Virus record (IMG/VR): IMGVR_UViG_3300027914_001419
Length of the DNA: 64,000 nt
Direction: 5' to 3' (one strand)
Source: an uncultured virus (IMG/VR IMGVR_UViG_3300027914_001419)
Lineage: Duplodnaviria; Heunggongvirae; Uroviricota; Caudoviricetes
The notes beneath the pieces were generated by a model, which made no database searches, had not been told where the DNA came from, and worked only from the letters and a program-made list of their open reading frames with translations. Numbering within the stretch: the first letter of the stretch is position 1; every line of letters starts with the position of its first letter. The position numbers and the translations under genes were made by a program. This document shows positions 46,837 to 55,926 of the stretch, piece after piece.

Positions 46837-46876
46837 TGTTTTCCCCCCAGCGTTTCAAGCGCCCAGAACAGCTCCC

Positions 46877-47248
46877 TCATGGTGTATTCCCAGGCTCCTG
46901 ATCCGTGCCCTGCCGTAATGAGAGAGCAAACAGCTCGGAATAGGTTTTCTTTAAAATCTCCTTTTGCCGTTGACGGCTTTCCACCACCAGCGGCTTTCCC
47001 AACAAAGGGCGGTTCACCTCGCGGAAGGCCTCAATTATCCGGTCCAGGTCGGATGGGTAGAGGTCAACCAGTTCCTCCGGCGGCAGGTCGCAGGCGGCCA
47101 GGACCAGAGGGTAGTCGGCGTCAAGGTGCAGGTACAGCGGCAACAGCTCATTTGACGGCGGCGATATGTCCGCGTGGTATACCTCCCGCGCTCGCAGTTC
47201 GTGGACTGTTACGTCCTTGTCTTCGATTTTCAGGGTTTTTGTGAGCAT
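46877..47248 (-). CDS. Tail assembly chaperone (G) with a -1 frameshift extension to about 46833
   Basis: Similar to 27105-27503 (L.PS.L......FR.VN). Slippery T-TTA-AAG at 46955-46949; the -1 frame reads FKENLFRAVCSLITAGHGSGAWEYTMRELFWAL. Confidence 0.8.
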   Translation of the reverse strand: MLTKTLKIEDKDVTVHELRAREVYHADISPPSNELLPLYLHLDADYPLVLAACDLPPEELVDLYPSDLDRIIEAFREVNRPLLGKPLVVESRQRQKEILKKTYSELFALSLRQGTDQEPGNTP

Positions 47249-47258
47249 CTGTAATCTC

Positions 47259-48032
47259 CTATTTTTTTCTGATTTCCCGGTTTGACGGGCGGGAACAGCA
47301 TCCGGCGTTCGGGCCGCGGTTGCTGTCGAGCATCTGCGCGGCTGTCGGCCAGGGAACCGGGGCGGTCCGCTTTTCGGCGGGCGCTGGGCGGCGGGGCTTG
47401 AACGGATCGCGCATGGGACCGGCGGTCGCTATCGGCCGGTAATTATCCCGGTCGGCGGGGGATAGCCAGGCGCCCGCCGAATAGTGCCTGAAGTAGCGCT
47501 CATCAAGCTCGCGCCGGGCGATGAACGTCAAGCCTTCGCGTAGCTCATACAGATGTTCCGACAGGCCCAGAAACCCGTATTTATAGAGTATGTTTTCTTG
47601 GGTCTCGCGCAGCCGGTCGCAACGCTCCAGGTACGCGGCCAGCACGGGGCTACCGGCCGGAGCGCCGAAAAAATCACCCGTGTTTATTCTTACCGGCCTG
47701 CCCGCGAAATATGACGGCTCCTCTGGTCCCCTGCATACGAATTCATGGTTCCTCAATGACTCCAGCGATCCCAATGGTTCGCAATCGCAATCCAGATAAA
47801 ACCCGCCATATTGATGCACAACCAGTATCCGGAAGACATCCGACACGATGGAAGGGTGATACCCCCGCAAGTCATAGCGGTCTAAAGTCAGGTCATAGTC
47901 ATGGAGATTTACCGGCGTCCAGAGCCACACATCCCAACCGGGGTGCAGGTCCCGCAACATCTGGCCCCAGGCCGTGTATTTCTCGGGCATGGGAGGGGAG
48001 AGCCATATCTGGTGGATGATCTGAGGAATCAA
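47259..48032 (-). CDS. DXD glycosyltransferase (GT32/OCH1-like)
   Basis: IPQIIHQIWL...HPGWDVWLW...SDVFR...YGGFYLDCD. Start placed at TTG 48032 (TTGA overlap with the upstream stop). Confidence 0.88.
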   Translation of the reverse strand: MIPQIIHQIWLSPPMPEKYTAWGQMLRDLHPGWDVWLWTPVNLHDYDLTLDRYDLRGYHPSIVSDVFRILVVHQYGGFYLDCDCEPLGSLESLRNHEFVCRGPEEPSYFAGRPVRINTGDFFGAPAGSPVLAAYLERCDRLRETQENILYKYGFLGLSEHLYELREGLTFIARRELDERYFRHYSAGAWLSPADRDNYRPIATAGPMRDPFKPRRPAPAEKRTAPVPWPTAAQMLDSNRGPNAGCCSRPSNREIRKK

Positions 48033-48460
48033 TAGAGGTCTCCCCACAGGAATGATATTGTGACCGGGCCGTAGGTAACGCCCGCGCAACTGGCCGATAT
48101 GGTCGCCACTCCCTGTTGCAGGTAGCAGTTGAAGTTGTTTCCCCACCCGGCGAGCAGCTCAAAGCCTAGTATCCCGGTAGACCCGGCGCCTCCAAACACC
48201 GGCGCCCTTCCGCCGGATACCGCGGATGGTTCCCACACGGCATTCCATGTCACTTCTTCGCCGCAGGTATTGCCCACCAGCCGGACAGGGATGAACGATA
48301 TCATGTTGGCCAGAGGCACATCCTTGCTCGTCGCCTTCCATTCCTGGTTGTCATCTAGCAGAAACAGCCCTTCGATTGCGGGGAGGCAGCCTCCCACAGC
48401 CTCCTTCAACATCCGTATCCCTATTTCTCTTTTCATCCCCGGCAGTTTGATTCTCTTCAT
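48029..48460 (-). CDS. Hypothetical tail-region protein
   Basis: ATGA-coupled to the upstream gene, GAGG RBS; 143 aa. Confidence 0.6.
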   Translation of the reverse strand: MKRIKLPGMKREIGIRMLKEAVGGCLPAIEGLFLLDDNQEWKATSKDVPLANMISFIPVRLVGNTCGEEVTWNAVWEPSAVSGGRAPVFGGAGSTGILGFELLAGWGNNFNCYLQQGVATISASCAGVTYGPVTISFLWGDLY

Positions 48461-49764
48461 GCTATTACCTCGATGGTATAAGCCGCATACCCGGCGGCCC
48501 GGATCTCCACGGAATGCCAGCCTGCCGATACCCCGCTGAAGGTCACGCGGCCGGAGGCGTCGGAGATGGCGGTTTTTACGCCGTCCATTGTCGCTATGGC
48601 CCCTGCTATGGCTGTTCCGGAGTCGTCGGCTATTACCAGCGTTACGCTTCCCTTGCCGATGATTACCTGTGTGTCGGCCTGGGCGCGGGGGGTGAACCGG
48701 CCTGACCAGCCTGCTATCTCCACTCCGGCGCAGGGCGCGGCGGGATAGTCCGCGGTCAGGGTCATGTCTCCGGCGGCGTGGTCCCGGTCTATGCCGGTGA
48801 CCAGGGCGGACGCGACCGCCCCGCCCGGTAACAGCCGGTGCGCGCAGGTGATGAGCTCGCCCACGTCGATATGGCTCAACGAGCGGTCGCCCGTTATCTC
48901 CACCGTCCAGCGCGGAACGGCGTACCTGCCGCAATGGGCCGCCGCCAGCATGGCCGCCTGCCTTGCGGACGGGAGCCAGGGGGCGTCAAGGGTTCGCTCT
49001 ACACGACCGTAGCGCTTTATTTCTTCCGGGGCGTGATAGGTGACGCTGCCGGTGTATTCCGACTGACTCCAGTCGTAGCCGAAATTGACGGTGACTACCG
49101 TTGCTATGTCGTCCAGCCTCGATTGCGCCTGAACGGAGCGGATGGCGTGTCTGGAGATGGCGCATGAAGGTTCCGTGCCCGACAGTCCGGGGAGGAGACG
49201 GCCAAAGCCCGGCATGGCCCCGGACCACATGGCCCCGGCGCTGTCGGTTATCACGTCCAGACAGGCGCGGATGGTCATGGCGGACTCGTTGATTACCCCT
49301 GCCACCTCCAGGCCCGCCCGGCGGCATTGGGACTGCCACAGGGCGAACCGGGTCCGGTCTATGGCTTCTCCAGAGGCCCATTGCAGCAGATCGGCGGCCA
49401 CATCCGCCGGGTTGGTCATCAGATTGCCGGTTATCGGGTCCAGCAGGCCGTCAAGGGTGACTGCCAGGCTGTCCTGGTCTTCCAGCACGGCCGCCTGCAG
49501 GTCCAGGAAGGCTATGGTCTTGCCCGTGGTGTCCGGGCCGTGACGCAGCCGCCAGGCTGTCAAATCCTCTTTGCCGCGCTTTACCGCCACGATCCCTGAT
49601 ATGGGATGGTCGGCGGCGACGAAGACGCGGCCCGTGTCGTCATAGGGGACCGGCGTCAGGGTCGCCCGGCCGTAGACTCTGGGCAGGGAGCGGATGGACG
49701 CGAACCGCCCCCAGGCGGTGGTATCGCGGAGCGGCAGGGCTCGTGACAGGGGCAGATACATCAT
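48457..49764 (-). CDS. Tail hub/tip protein
   Basis: LP.VYG, TNPADV..DLL, IKRYGR.ERTLDAPW; C-terminal carboxypeptidase-regulatory-like beta domain. Confidence 0.65.
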   Translation of the reverse strand: MMYLPLSRALPLRDTTAWGRFASIRSLPRVYGRATLTPVPYDDTGRVFVAADHPISGIVAVKRGKEDLTAWRLRHGPDTTGKTIAFLDLQAAVLEDQDSLAVTLDGLLDPITGNLMTNPADVAADLLQWASGEAIDRTRFALWQSQCRRAGLEVAGVINESAMTIRACLDVITDSAGAMWSGAMPGFGRLLPGLSGTEPSCAISRHAIRSVQAQSRLDDIATVVTVNFGYDWSQSEYTGSVTYHAPEEIKRYGRVERTLDAPWLPSARQAAMLAAAHCGRYAVPRWTVEITGDRSLSHIDVGELITCAHRLLPGGAVASALVTGIDRDHAAGDMTLTADYPAAPCAGVEIAGWSGRFTPRAQADTQVIIGKGSVTLVIADDSGTAIAGAIATMDGVKTAISDASGRVTFSGVSAGWHSVEIRAAGYAAYTIEVIA

Positions 49765-50051
49765 GATTCACACTCCAGGTCGCAGGCCGCCGACAGGGAA
49801 CAGGAGGTGACGGACCCCCGGAATATCTCGTCTCCGTAGTCTTCTATGGTCACCAGGACTCCCAGGGGCGGGACGCTGAACAGGGTGGAAAAGTAGCCGT
49901 CGCCGTTGTCGAGGCTGACGGAACAGGAGGCGTTTTCCGCGCCGGGAGAGAGCGAGGCGCGGATGGAACCCACGCCCAGCAGGCGGCCGGGCCGGGAGAC
50001 CGTGACGGGCGGCGTGGTGTGGATGGTTACGGTCACGCCACGGCCCTCCAT
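49761..50051 (-). CDS. Small tail protein
   Basis: SVSLDNGDG.F...PPLG; coupled within the tail operon. Confidence 0.6.
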   Translation of the reverse strand: MEGRGVTVTIHTTPPVTVSRPGRLLGVGSIRASLSPGAENASCSVSLDNGDGYFSTLFSVPPLGVLVTIEDYGDEIFRGSVTSCSLSAACDLECES

Positions 50052-53000
50052 TCCGGAACCAGCTCCAGGGACGCCGACAGGGACCGGTGCGTCGTGTCGT
50101 CCGGCTCATAGTTGAATTCGTCGCTGATCTCGAACTCGTCGCCGTCGATGCGGCACAGGTACGCCTCGGTCAGGTGGAGGCCGTGGGGTACGAGGATGAG
50201 CGGCGCGTCGCCCAGTAGCTTCTGGCCCCGGACCATTGCGGCCAGGTGGGAGGCGCCGGACAGGGAGAGCATGTTCCATTCCAGGCTCGCGGCGGTTCCT
50301 TCCGCCAGCAGCGCGGCGGCCCCGGCGACCTTGGCCCGCACCGTGTCATAGACATGGCGCAAGCGCAGGGCGGCGTTTACGTCGGGCTGGAACGGTTCGC
50401 CCGCCCATATCCAGCGTACCGCGCCCGGCTGGCTGAAGGTGAGGCGCAGGCCCACGGCTTCCACAGCCACTCCCGCGGCCACATGGAGGGGGGACCTCAG
50501 GGTTACGCCGGTAAGCCATGGGAGGGCGGTCCAGGTTTCGCCGTCGGCCGTGATCTCGGCGCTGACGGTTGCCGTGGACGGCAGCTCATGCACGATTGCC
50601 AGGGTGGAGATGCCGGCGTCGCCGGTCCAGGTGAGGGTGATGGTTGCCGCTCCGGCGGCCCATTGCCAGGCGTAGGCGTCCGGGGTCAATGCCTTGGCCG
50701 GGGCGGCGTCCTGCAGGGCGCGGAACTGGTAGAGGTCTCCGGCGGCAAACGACGGAGCGGCCCCGGCGAGAAAGGAGGCGGTCAGGCCCCTTTCCAGGGA
50801 TGTACCATCCGCGATGGCCGCGGCCTCGGACCATGCGCCGCTGTCCCGCCGCCAGCGGAAGGTTCCGCCCTCGATGCTGAAGGTGAATTTGTCGCCCAAG
50901 GCAAAGGGTATCCCGCCCTTTGGGAGGTCGAAGACCAGACCGGAGGCGGAATAATGCCGGTTCGAGGCGCTGAGGGAGGCGGCCGGGAGGGTAACGCCGC
51001 TGCCGTCCTTGGCAGCTACGCTCCAGGTCTCGGTGTCGTCGGCGGCCAGTCCGCCCACGGCGTACAGGGGCCGGGAGGGGACCACGTCGATTGACAGCTT
51101 TTCGGAGCTGCCCCAGACCAGGCTGGCGAGGTTGGCGCCAATGGAGATGCTGATGGAGTCGCCTTCCTTCAGCCGGTCTTCGCAGGCGCAGCGGATCTGG
51201 AAGGCGAACTCCTGGGTGTTTATGAGACTCCCGGCCAGGGTGGAATAATATTCCTCGTTGGTGAACGCCGGGGCGTAACCGTCGGAGAGCAGCCACCAAT
51301 ACTCTCCATCGTTATCCTGCCAGCAGCCGGTTACACTTCCGCTGACAGGGCTAGATTTTCCCGGCACGATGCCGGCGCAGGCAAGGCAATAGTTGGCGGC
51401 CGCTTGGTATTGCGCCAGGAACTCGCTCGTGGCGGCGGAACCCAGGGCGCCGCTTCCCGCCAAGGCGGTCATGTCCGATTGAACATCAGAGAACATGGTG
51501 TCCCAGGCCGTCCGCCCGGCATTGTCTTCCCATACCTGGGCCAGGCTTTCCGCCAGAATAGCAGTGATAGCGTTGCACAGCTGGATGTCATGGCGATCCG
51601 CACTTGCGGAACCTCCAGCGGCGATTCCCGCATATTGGCCGTCAGTAGCGGCGGGAAAATCCGGTTCTGTGTGATCGGAATAAGGGTCGGTCCCCAGCCA
51701 GTTTGTGCCTCGGGCCGTAGCGCCGACCTCGTTAGAGGCGTATACGCTTCCCGTGGCTCGCCAATGAATGTACAGGCCATCCACAAGATACGCTTCATAC
51801 TCGCGGACACTGGCCGTGCTTACCCCGGTATTGCCCGCGATGAAATCCCGCTGCCAGGCAAAGAGCGCCTGCAAGCGGGTCTGATAGTTGGTGTCCAAAA
51901 TATCACCTCCTTCGGAATTCAAGATATCCAGCCCCAGGCAGGCTTCATTCCACCATGGAGCGGCCACGTCGCTGCATGGGCAGTCGTCCGGGTCCGGGCG
52001 TTTCGAGTATGTCGCGGTAATGGTTCTGGGTGCGGCGTTTGCGCCGAGAACACCCTCGATGCAGATGTTCGGCAGGGCTTCGTCTTCGCCCCTGGATTCC
52101 AGCGATATCTGCGTGATGCTCACCGGCGCCATGCCGTCAATTCCTTCCGGGACCGGGCGGGCCGGGATGGTCAGGAGCACGGGAGAAGCCTCGGGCGCGT
52201 AGCGTTCGCCTTCGCGGGCCGCCGGAAGGACGCCGGACGCCGTGCCCGTTACGCTCCAGGAGCCGTTTCCCCGGCATTCCAGTGTGATGGTCTCCGCCTT
52301 GGCGGTTGCCCTGGCGGACAGGTCCGCCGGACGGATCTCCGGCTTGCTGGCCTCGCTGATGAGCGCGTAGGCCCCGGTGATGACCGGCAGGTCCGTGCGG
52401 GCGTTTCCGCCGGGAGTGGTTACCGGGGCGGGGGTGTAGGCCGGACGCAAGAGGTCCGATGAGGCCAGCGCCGAAACCAGGTCATAGCCCGTGACTATCC
52501 CGCCTGATGCCGGGTAGGTCTCCACCAGGTCCGCCCCGGCCACGCCGAGGCCTTCGCCGGTGATGGTGACGGCATATGAGCCGGTCACCAGGGTGATGGG
52601 CGTACCCTTGGGGATTGCCCGCACCGCCGCCGGGGTAAGAAGGGTGCGGGCGGAACCGCCGCGAAAGTCGCGTACCACCCGGTAGACCTGGGGATCTCCC
52701 CCGAATCTCACGCGGGGAGCGTCGGCCGGGACGTTGCCGGACAGGTCAGTGGGAGCGATAACGCCCACGATGTCCCACAGCCAGCCGGTGAGGTCTTCCT
52801 GCCCTTCCGCCACTTCCTCCAGAGTCGAGGCCCCGGATGGGGCAAAGGTGAGCGCGGACGCGTCCACATCGATGCGGACCCGGTTTCCGTCCGCTCCGGC
52901 GGGGACCGCCCGCAGGGCGTCCGTGCCCACCAGGAGTTCCGCCGGGCTCCCGGCAAAGGGCGGCGTCACCAGGGTGAGCGATACCTCCTGTGCGGGGATA

Positions 53001-53266
53001 TCCGCCTGGGTGACCGTGAGAGATCCGGATCCGACGCCGGTGAACTTCGGGGCCGACGCCCGGCCCGTGCCTTCGGCGCTGACGATCTCCACATCATAAT
53101 CAGCGGACTCATGCCCGGTGTAACTCCCCGACAGCGTGACGAGTCCGGTCCCCTGGCGGGACATACCAAGAGACCGGATGGCGGTGGAGGGAGAAACGGC
53201 GGAAGCGGCCGCCTCCGCAACGGCGAGAATGTTGTCTGTCTGGGCTATGAGTTGCTGAGTGGGCAT
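50033..53266 (-). CDS. Large virion structural (tail) protein
   Basis: 1077 aa, beta-rich with Cys clusters; directly follows the tail tube gene. Confidence 0.65.
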   Translation of the reverse strand: MPTQQLIAQTDNILAVAEAAASAVSPSTAIRSLGMSRQGTGLVTLSGSYTGHESADYDVEIVSAEGTGRASAPKFTGVGSGSLTVTQADIPAQEVSLTLVTPPFAGSPAELLVGTDALRAVPAGADGNRVRIDVDASALTFAPSGASTLEEVAEGQEDLTGWLWDIVGVIAPTDLSGNVPADAPRVRFGGDPQVYRVVRDFRGGSARTLLTPAAVRAIPKGTPITLVTGSYAVTITGEGLGVAGADLVETYPASGGIVTGYDLVSALASSDLLRPAYTPAPVTTPGGNARTDLPVITGAYALISEASKPEIRPADLSARATAKAETITLECRGNGSWSVTGTASGVLPAAREGERYAPEASPVLLTIPARPVPEGIDGMAPVSITQISLESRGEDEALPNICIEGVLGANAAPRTITATYSKRPDPDDCPCSDVAAPWWNEACLGLDILNSEGGDILDTNYQTRLQALFAWQRDFIAGNTGVSTASVREYEAYLVDGLYIHWRATGSVYASNEVGATARGTNWLGTDPYSDHTEPDFPAATDGQYAGIAAGGSASADRHDIQLCNAITAILAESLAQVWEDNAGRTAWDTMFSDVQSDMTALAGSGALGSAATSEFLAQYQAAANYCLACAGIVPGKSSPVSGSVTGCWQDNDGEYWWLLSDGYAPAFTNEEYYSTLAGSLINTQEFAFQIRCACEDRLKEGDSISISIGANLASLVWGSSEKLSIDVVPSRPLYAVGGLAADDTETWSVAAKDGSGVTLPAASLSASNRHYSASGLVFDLPKGGIPFALGDKFTFSIEGGTFRWRRDSGAWSEAAAIADGTSLERGLTASFLAGAAPSFAAGDLYQFRALQDAAPAKALTPDAYAWQWAAGAATITLTWTGDAGISTLAIVHELPSTATVSAEITADGETWTALPWLTGVTLRSPLHVAAGVAVEAVGLRLTFSQPGAVRWIWAGEPFQPDVNAALRLRHVYDTVRAKVAGAAALLAEGTAASLEWNMLSLSGASHLAAMVRGQKLLGDAPLILVPHGLHLTEAYLCRIDGDEFEISDEFNYEPDDTTHRSLSASLELVPEWRAVA

Positions 53267-53291
53267 TGACAGCGGCTCCGTGCTGGGTAAG

Positions 53292-53318
53292 CCTGCCGGG
53301 TTTTAAGCACCCGGCAGG
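53292..53318. repeat. Palindrome downstream of the tail tube gene
   Basis: CCTGCCGGGT-TTTAAGC-ACCCGGCAGG. Confidence 0.7.
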
Positions 53319-53332
53319 TCTGAGGGATAATG

Positions 53333-54127
53333 CTATGCCTCCAGGATCTCCCGGAAATACTTGCTGCCGGTGAGGCGGGTCAGGTCCGCCTGGGCCGAAC
53401 CTTCCAGGGTCATCTGGCCGATGCCATCGCCGATGAGGGACAGCTCTTTCAGCGGGTCGCTGGAGAACTTGAAGATTTCCACCACAACCGCCTTGTTGTC
53501 TTCGGTGGTGTTCATCCCCTCGAAACGGAGATGATAGTCCTTGGCCGCTTCGGTCATGGCCTCTACCGTCTCCTGGGCCGCGTAGGCATAACTTATCTCC
53601 AGCGCCTCCGCGTCTTCGATGTTCGTTGTAGCTCCGGCGGCGGTCTGCTCGGCGGCGGTCAGAATGTTGATGGACCCCGCTTCAGCGTTGATGGTGTAGT
53701 TTTTGTCCGCCTCGTAGGTTACCGGCGTCTCGTCGGTGGACTTGACCACTACCGTGCTGACCTTGACATGCTCCAGGGCAACCGTTTTGCCCAGATACGC
53801 GGTGACCGGCTCATTCACGGCATTTCCGGCGGCCACGGCGGCGGCTGTTCCGCGCAGGGCCTTGGCCAGGTTGTCTTTGTTGAGCGATTCCAGGGTTGCG
53901 GAGACATTCACCTTGGTTTCGGTGGTGCGCCGCTTGTCCACGGCCCGCTGGCCGGTGGTGCTTTCCTTGTGCTCGTCCACGGAGACACTGATGGAGATCT
54001 TCAGGTCCGGGACGTTCCCCACATGGGTGAAGCCCTTGGGTTTGCCGGTGGTGGCGTCCCGCTCGGCGATGAGCAGCGCGCCCTGGCCGGAGTAGTATCT
54101 CGATTCGACTAGATTCTTTGCTGACAT
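53333..54127 (-). CDS. Major tail tube protein (homolog of 26241-27035)
   Basis: 264 aa from ATG 54127 (GGAGG RBS); 23 differences from the Mu-like copy by manual count. Confidence 0.88.
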   Translation of the reverse strand: MSAKNLVESRYYSGQGALLIAERDATTGKPKGFTHVGNVPDLKISISVSVDEHKESTTGQRAVDKRRTTETKVNVSATLESLNKDNLAKALRGTAAAVAAGNAVNEPVTAYLGKTVALEHVKVSTVVVKSTDETPVTYEADKNYTINAEAGSINILTAAEQTAAGATTNIEDAEALEISYAYAAQETVEAMTEAAKDYHLRFEGMNTTEDNKAVVVEIFKFSSDPLKELSLIGDGIGQMTLEGSAQADLTRLTGSKYFREILEA

Positions 54128-54140
54128 TTTGTTACCTCCC

Positions 54141-54197
54141 GTAGGGGCGAATCTCGTATTCGCCCCGGTTGCGGGCAATCACGGGGATTGCCCCTAC
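54141..54197. repeat. GTAG-type REP doublet (REPIN-like)
   Basis: GTAGGGGCGAATCTCGTATTCGCCCC ... GGGCAATCACGGGGATTGCCCCTAC: two hairpins in inverted orientation with GTAG ends. Confidence 0.8.
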
Positions 54198-54610
54198 GTC
54201 ACTCCCAATTTGTGAAGATAATCGGTCAGGCCGGATTCCGGAACCGGGGGGACCGGGGCGGCGACCGTAAACTTGACCATCGTTTTCCAGGTGTTGGCCT
54301 CGTAACCGAGATTGGTGTCCTCGATGTATTCCAGCGGATGCGCTCCGCCGACGCGAAAGCCGTTGAGCACGGCCAGCACGGCGGCCAGGTAGCGGTCGCT
54401 TACCGGCTGGGTGTGGGTCACCACCACCACGCCCATTGACACCCGGCGGTTTCTGCCGCCTTCGGACTCCAGGTAATGGACAAGCAGCTCCACGGTGGCG
54501 TGCCGCATGGCGTAGGTGTCGGGCTGGTCGGGGTAATCCATGATGGAGGCGCTGGTGATGCGATCCCGCAGCCGGTCCCGGATGGCGGCCTTAATATCCT
54601 TGATCAGCAT
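54194..54610 (-). CDS. Tail terminator (gp37-like; distant homolog of 25730-26146)
   Basis: YPDQPDTYAMRHATVELLVHY versus FPDKPGDYRLRHPRGALLVHY. Confidence 0.72.
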   Translation of the reverse strand: MLIKDIKAAIRDRLRDRITSASIMDYPDQPDTYAMRHATVELLVHYLESEGGRNRRVSMGVVVVTHTQPVSDRYLAAVLAVLNGFRVGGAHPLEYIEDTNLGYEANTWKTMVKFTVAAPVPPVPESGLTDYLHKLGVT

Positions 54611-54935
54611 CGATGTCCTCCGGGAGTATGACCTTGAGATAGACGGTGGTCATTTCGTTGCGTGCGATCTCCGCGATGTTGTAGAGCCTCCCCCTGGTGG
54701 AGACCTTCCAATGGGTTGAGAGCTCATCCGTGAGCCAGGAGACGTCAACCGGGTCGCAGTCTATGGAGAGGATGGCGGTCTGGTCCTGGCCGTCGGTGAG
54801 CCAGACGGGACGGTCGATGATGTTGACGATGGCGTTGCAGGGGATGGCCTCGGTGTCGTAGGTAAACGTTACCGGCTCGCCGAATACCGCAATGAACGCC
54901 GGGTTTGTGTCTGTCACCATCTCGCGGAAGGTCAT
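54591..54935 (-). CDS. Head-tail joining protein
   Basis: MTFREMV......FIAVFGEPVTF; position between lysis genes and tail terminator. Confidence 0.65.
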   Translation of the reverse strand: MTFREMVTDTNPAFIAVFGEPVTFTYDTEAIPCNAIVNIIDRPVWLTDGQDQTAILSIDCDPVDVSWLTDELSTHWKVSTRGRLYNIAEIARNEMTTVYLKVILPEDIDADQGY

Positions 54936-54952
54936 TGGGCTAGCTGTCCTCT

Positions 54953-55408
54953 CTATTTCTGCGCCCGGACGCGCTCGAAGGTGCGGAACCCGCCCAGGCC
55001 GAGCATGCCGGTAAGAAGTATCATCAGTTCGTCGGTCTGGATCGAGGGCATGGCCGGGACCTGAGAGCCGCACAGCCCCACCAGCCAGGGAAGCATGGGG
55101 CGGATAATGAAGGTGTATCCCAGTCCGGCGACGCAGACCCAGCCGACCGCCGGACGCCAGCCGCCCTTGAAGATGCCGTCGCTTCTGGCCTCTTCGATGT
55201 TGATGGCGGTCTGGGCCTTGGCGATCTCCATGTCGGCGGCAAGTGCCGCGCTTTCAATGGCGGAGGCCATTTCCGCCAGCTTGACCCGCTGTTCCGCGCT
55301 TAATGATTCTTCGCCGGTGATGGCGCTGCGGATGTCCTTGGCCAGTGTCCCGACGCCCTTCAGGAGCCCTTCGGCCCCGCCGCTGAATATGTCGCTGATG
55401 ATGCTCAT
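54953..55408 (-). CDS. Holin (3TM family)
   Basis: INIEEARS...GGWRPAVGWVC...GMLGLGGFRTFER. Confidence 0.85.
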   Translation of the reverse strand: MSIISDIFSGGAEGLLKGVGTLAKDIRSAITGEESLSAEQRVKLAEMASAIESAALAADMEIAKAQTAINIEEARSDGIFKGGWRPAVGWVCVAGLGYTFIIRPMLPWLVGLCGSQVPAMPSIQTDELMILLTGMLGLGGFRTFERVRAQK

Positions 55409-55476
55409 GGCCTGTTCCTTCGCCGGGAAAATCCGGCTTCCACATTTCGTTTCTGAGCGGGTTTTGGGGCAGGGCC

Positions 55477-55809
55477 CTACCCTTTCCCTTCACCCAGAGA
55501 ATAGTGATTGCCGTCTTTCCACCTTCCGCCCCATGTTCCGCCCCTGGATTCCCACCATTCCCCGAGGGGCCGATGATCCTCAGTCGAGGAAAGGTATTTC
55601 CCGTCGCGAAACAGGTTGAGGTCGATGGCGAGTCTCGATTTATGGAACGAATTGGCGGAACTGTATCCCTTTTTTACTCCCGGACTGCCGTGGAGACGGG
55701 GATCGCGGTAGGCGTCGCCCAAGGTCACTTCGTAGCCCATCTCTCCTGCTTTCTTGATGAGGTCCGCGACCATGATGGCGAATCTCGATTGCTGTTCTCT
55801 CAGGGACAT
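55477..55809 (-). CDS. Endolysin, M15 Zn peptidase
   Basis: GDAYRD, SFHKSRLAIDLNL, WGGRW.DGNHYS. Confidence 0.88.
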   Translation of the reverse strand: MSLREQQSRFAIMVADLIKKAGEMGYEVTLGDAYRDPRLHGSPGVKKGYSSANSFHKSRLAIDLNLFRDGKYLSSTEDHRPLGEWWESRGGTWGGRWKDGNHYSLGEGKG

Positions 55810-55926
55810 TTCATTCCTCGTTTTCGTTCACTCTGCCCTTCCCTTCCGGACAGGTGTGTTTTGCGCATTTGAGGGCGTCGTCCGAGGCCGGGCATTCGCC
55901 GTCGATTATTATGCAGTAGCCCATCA

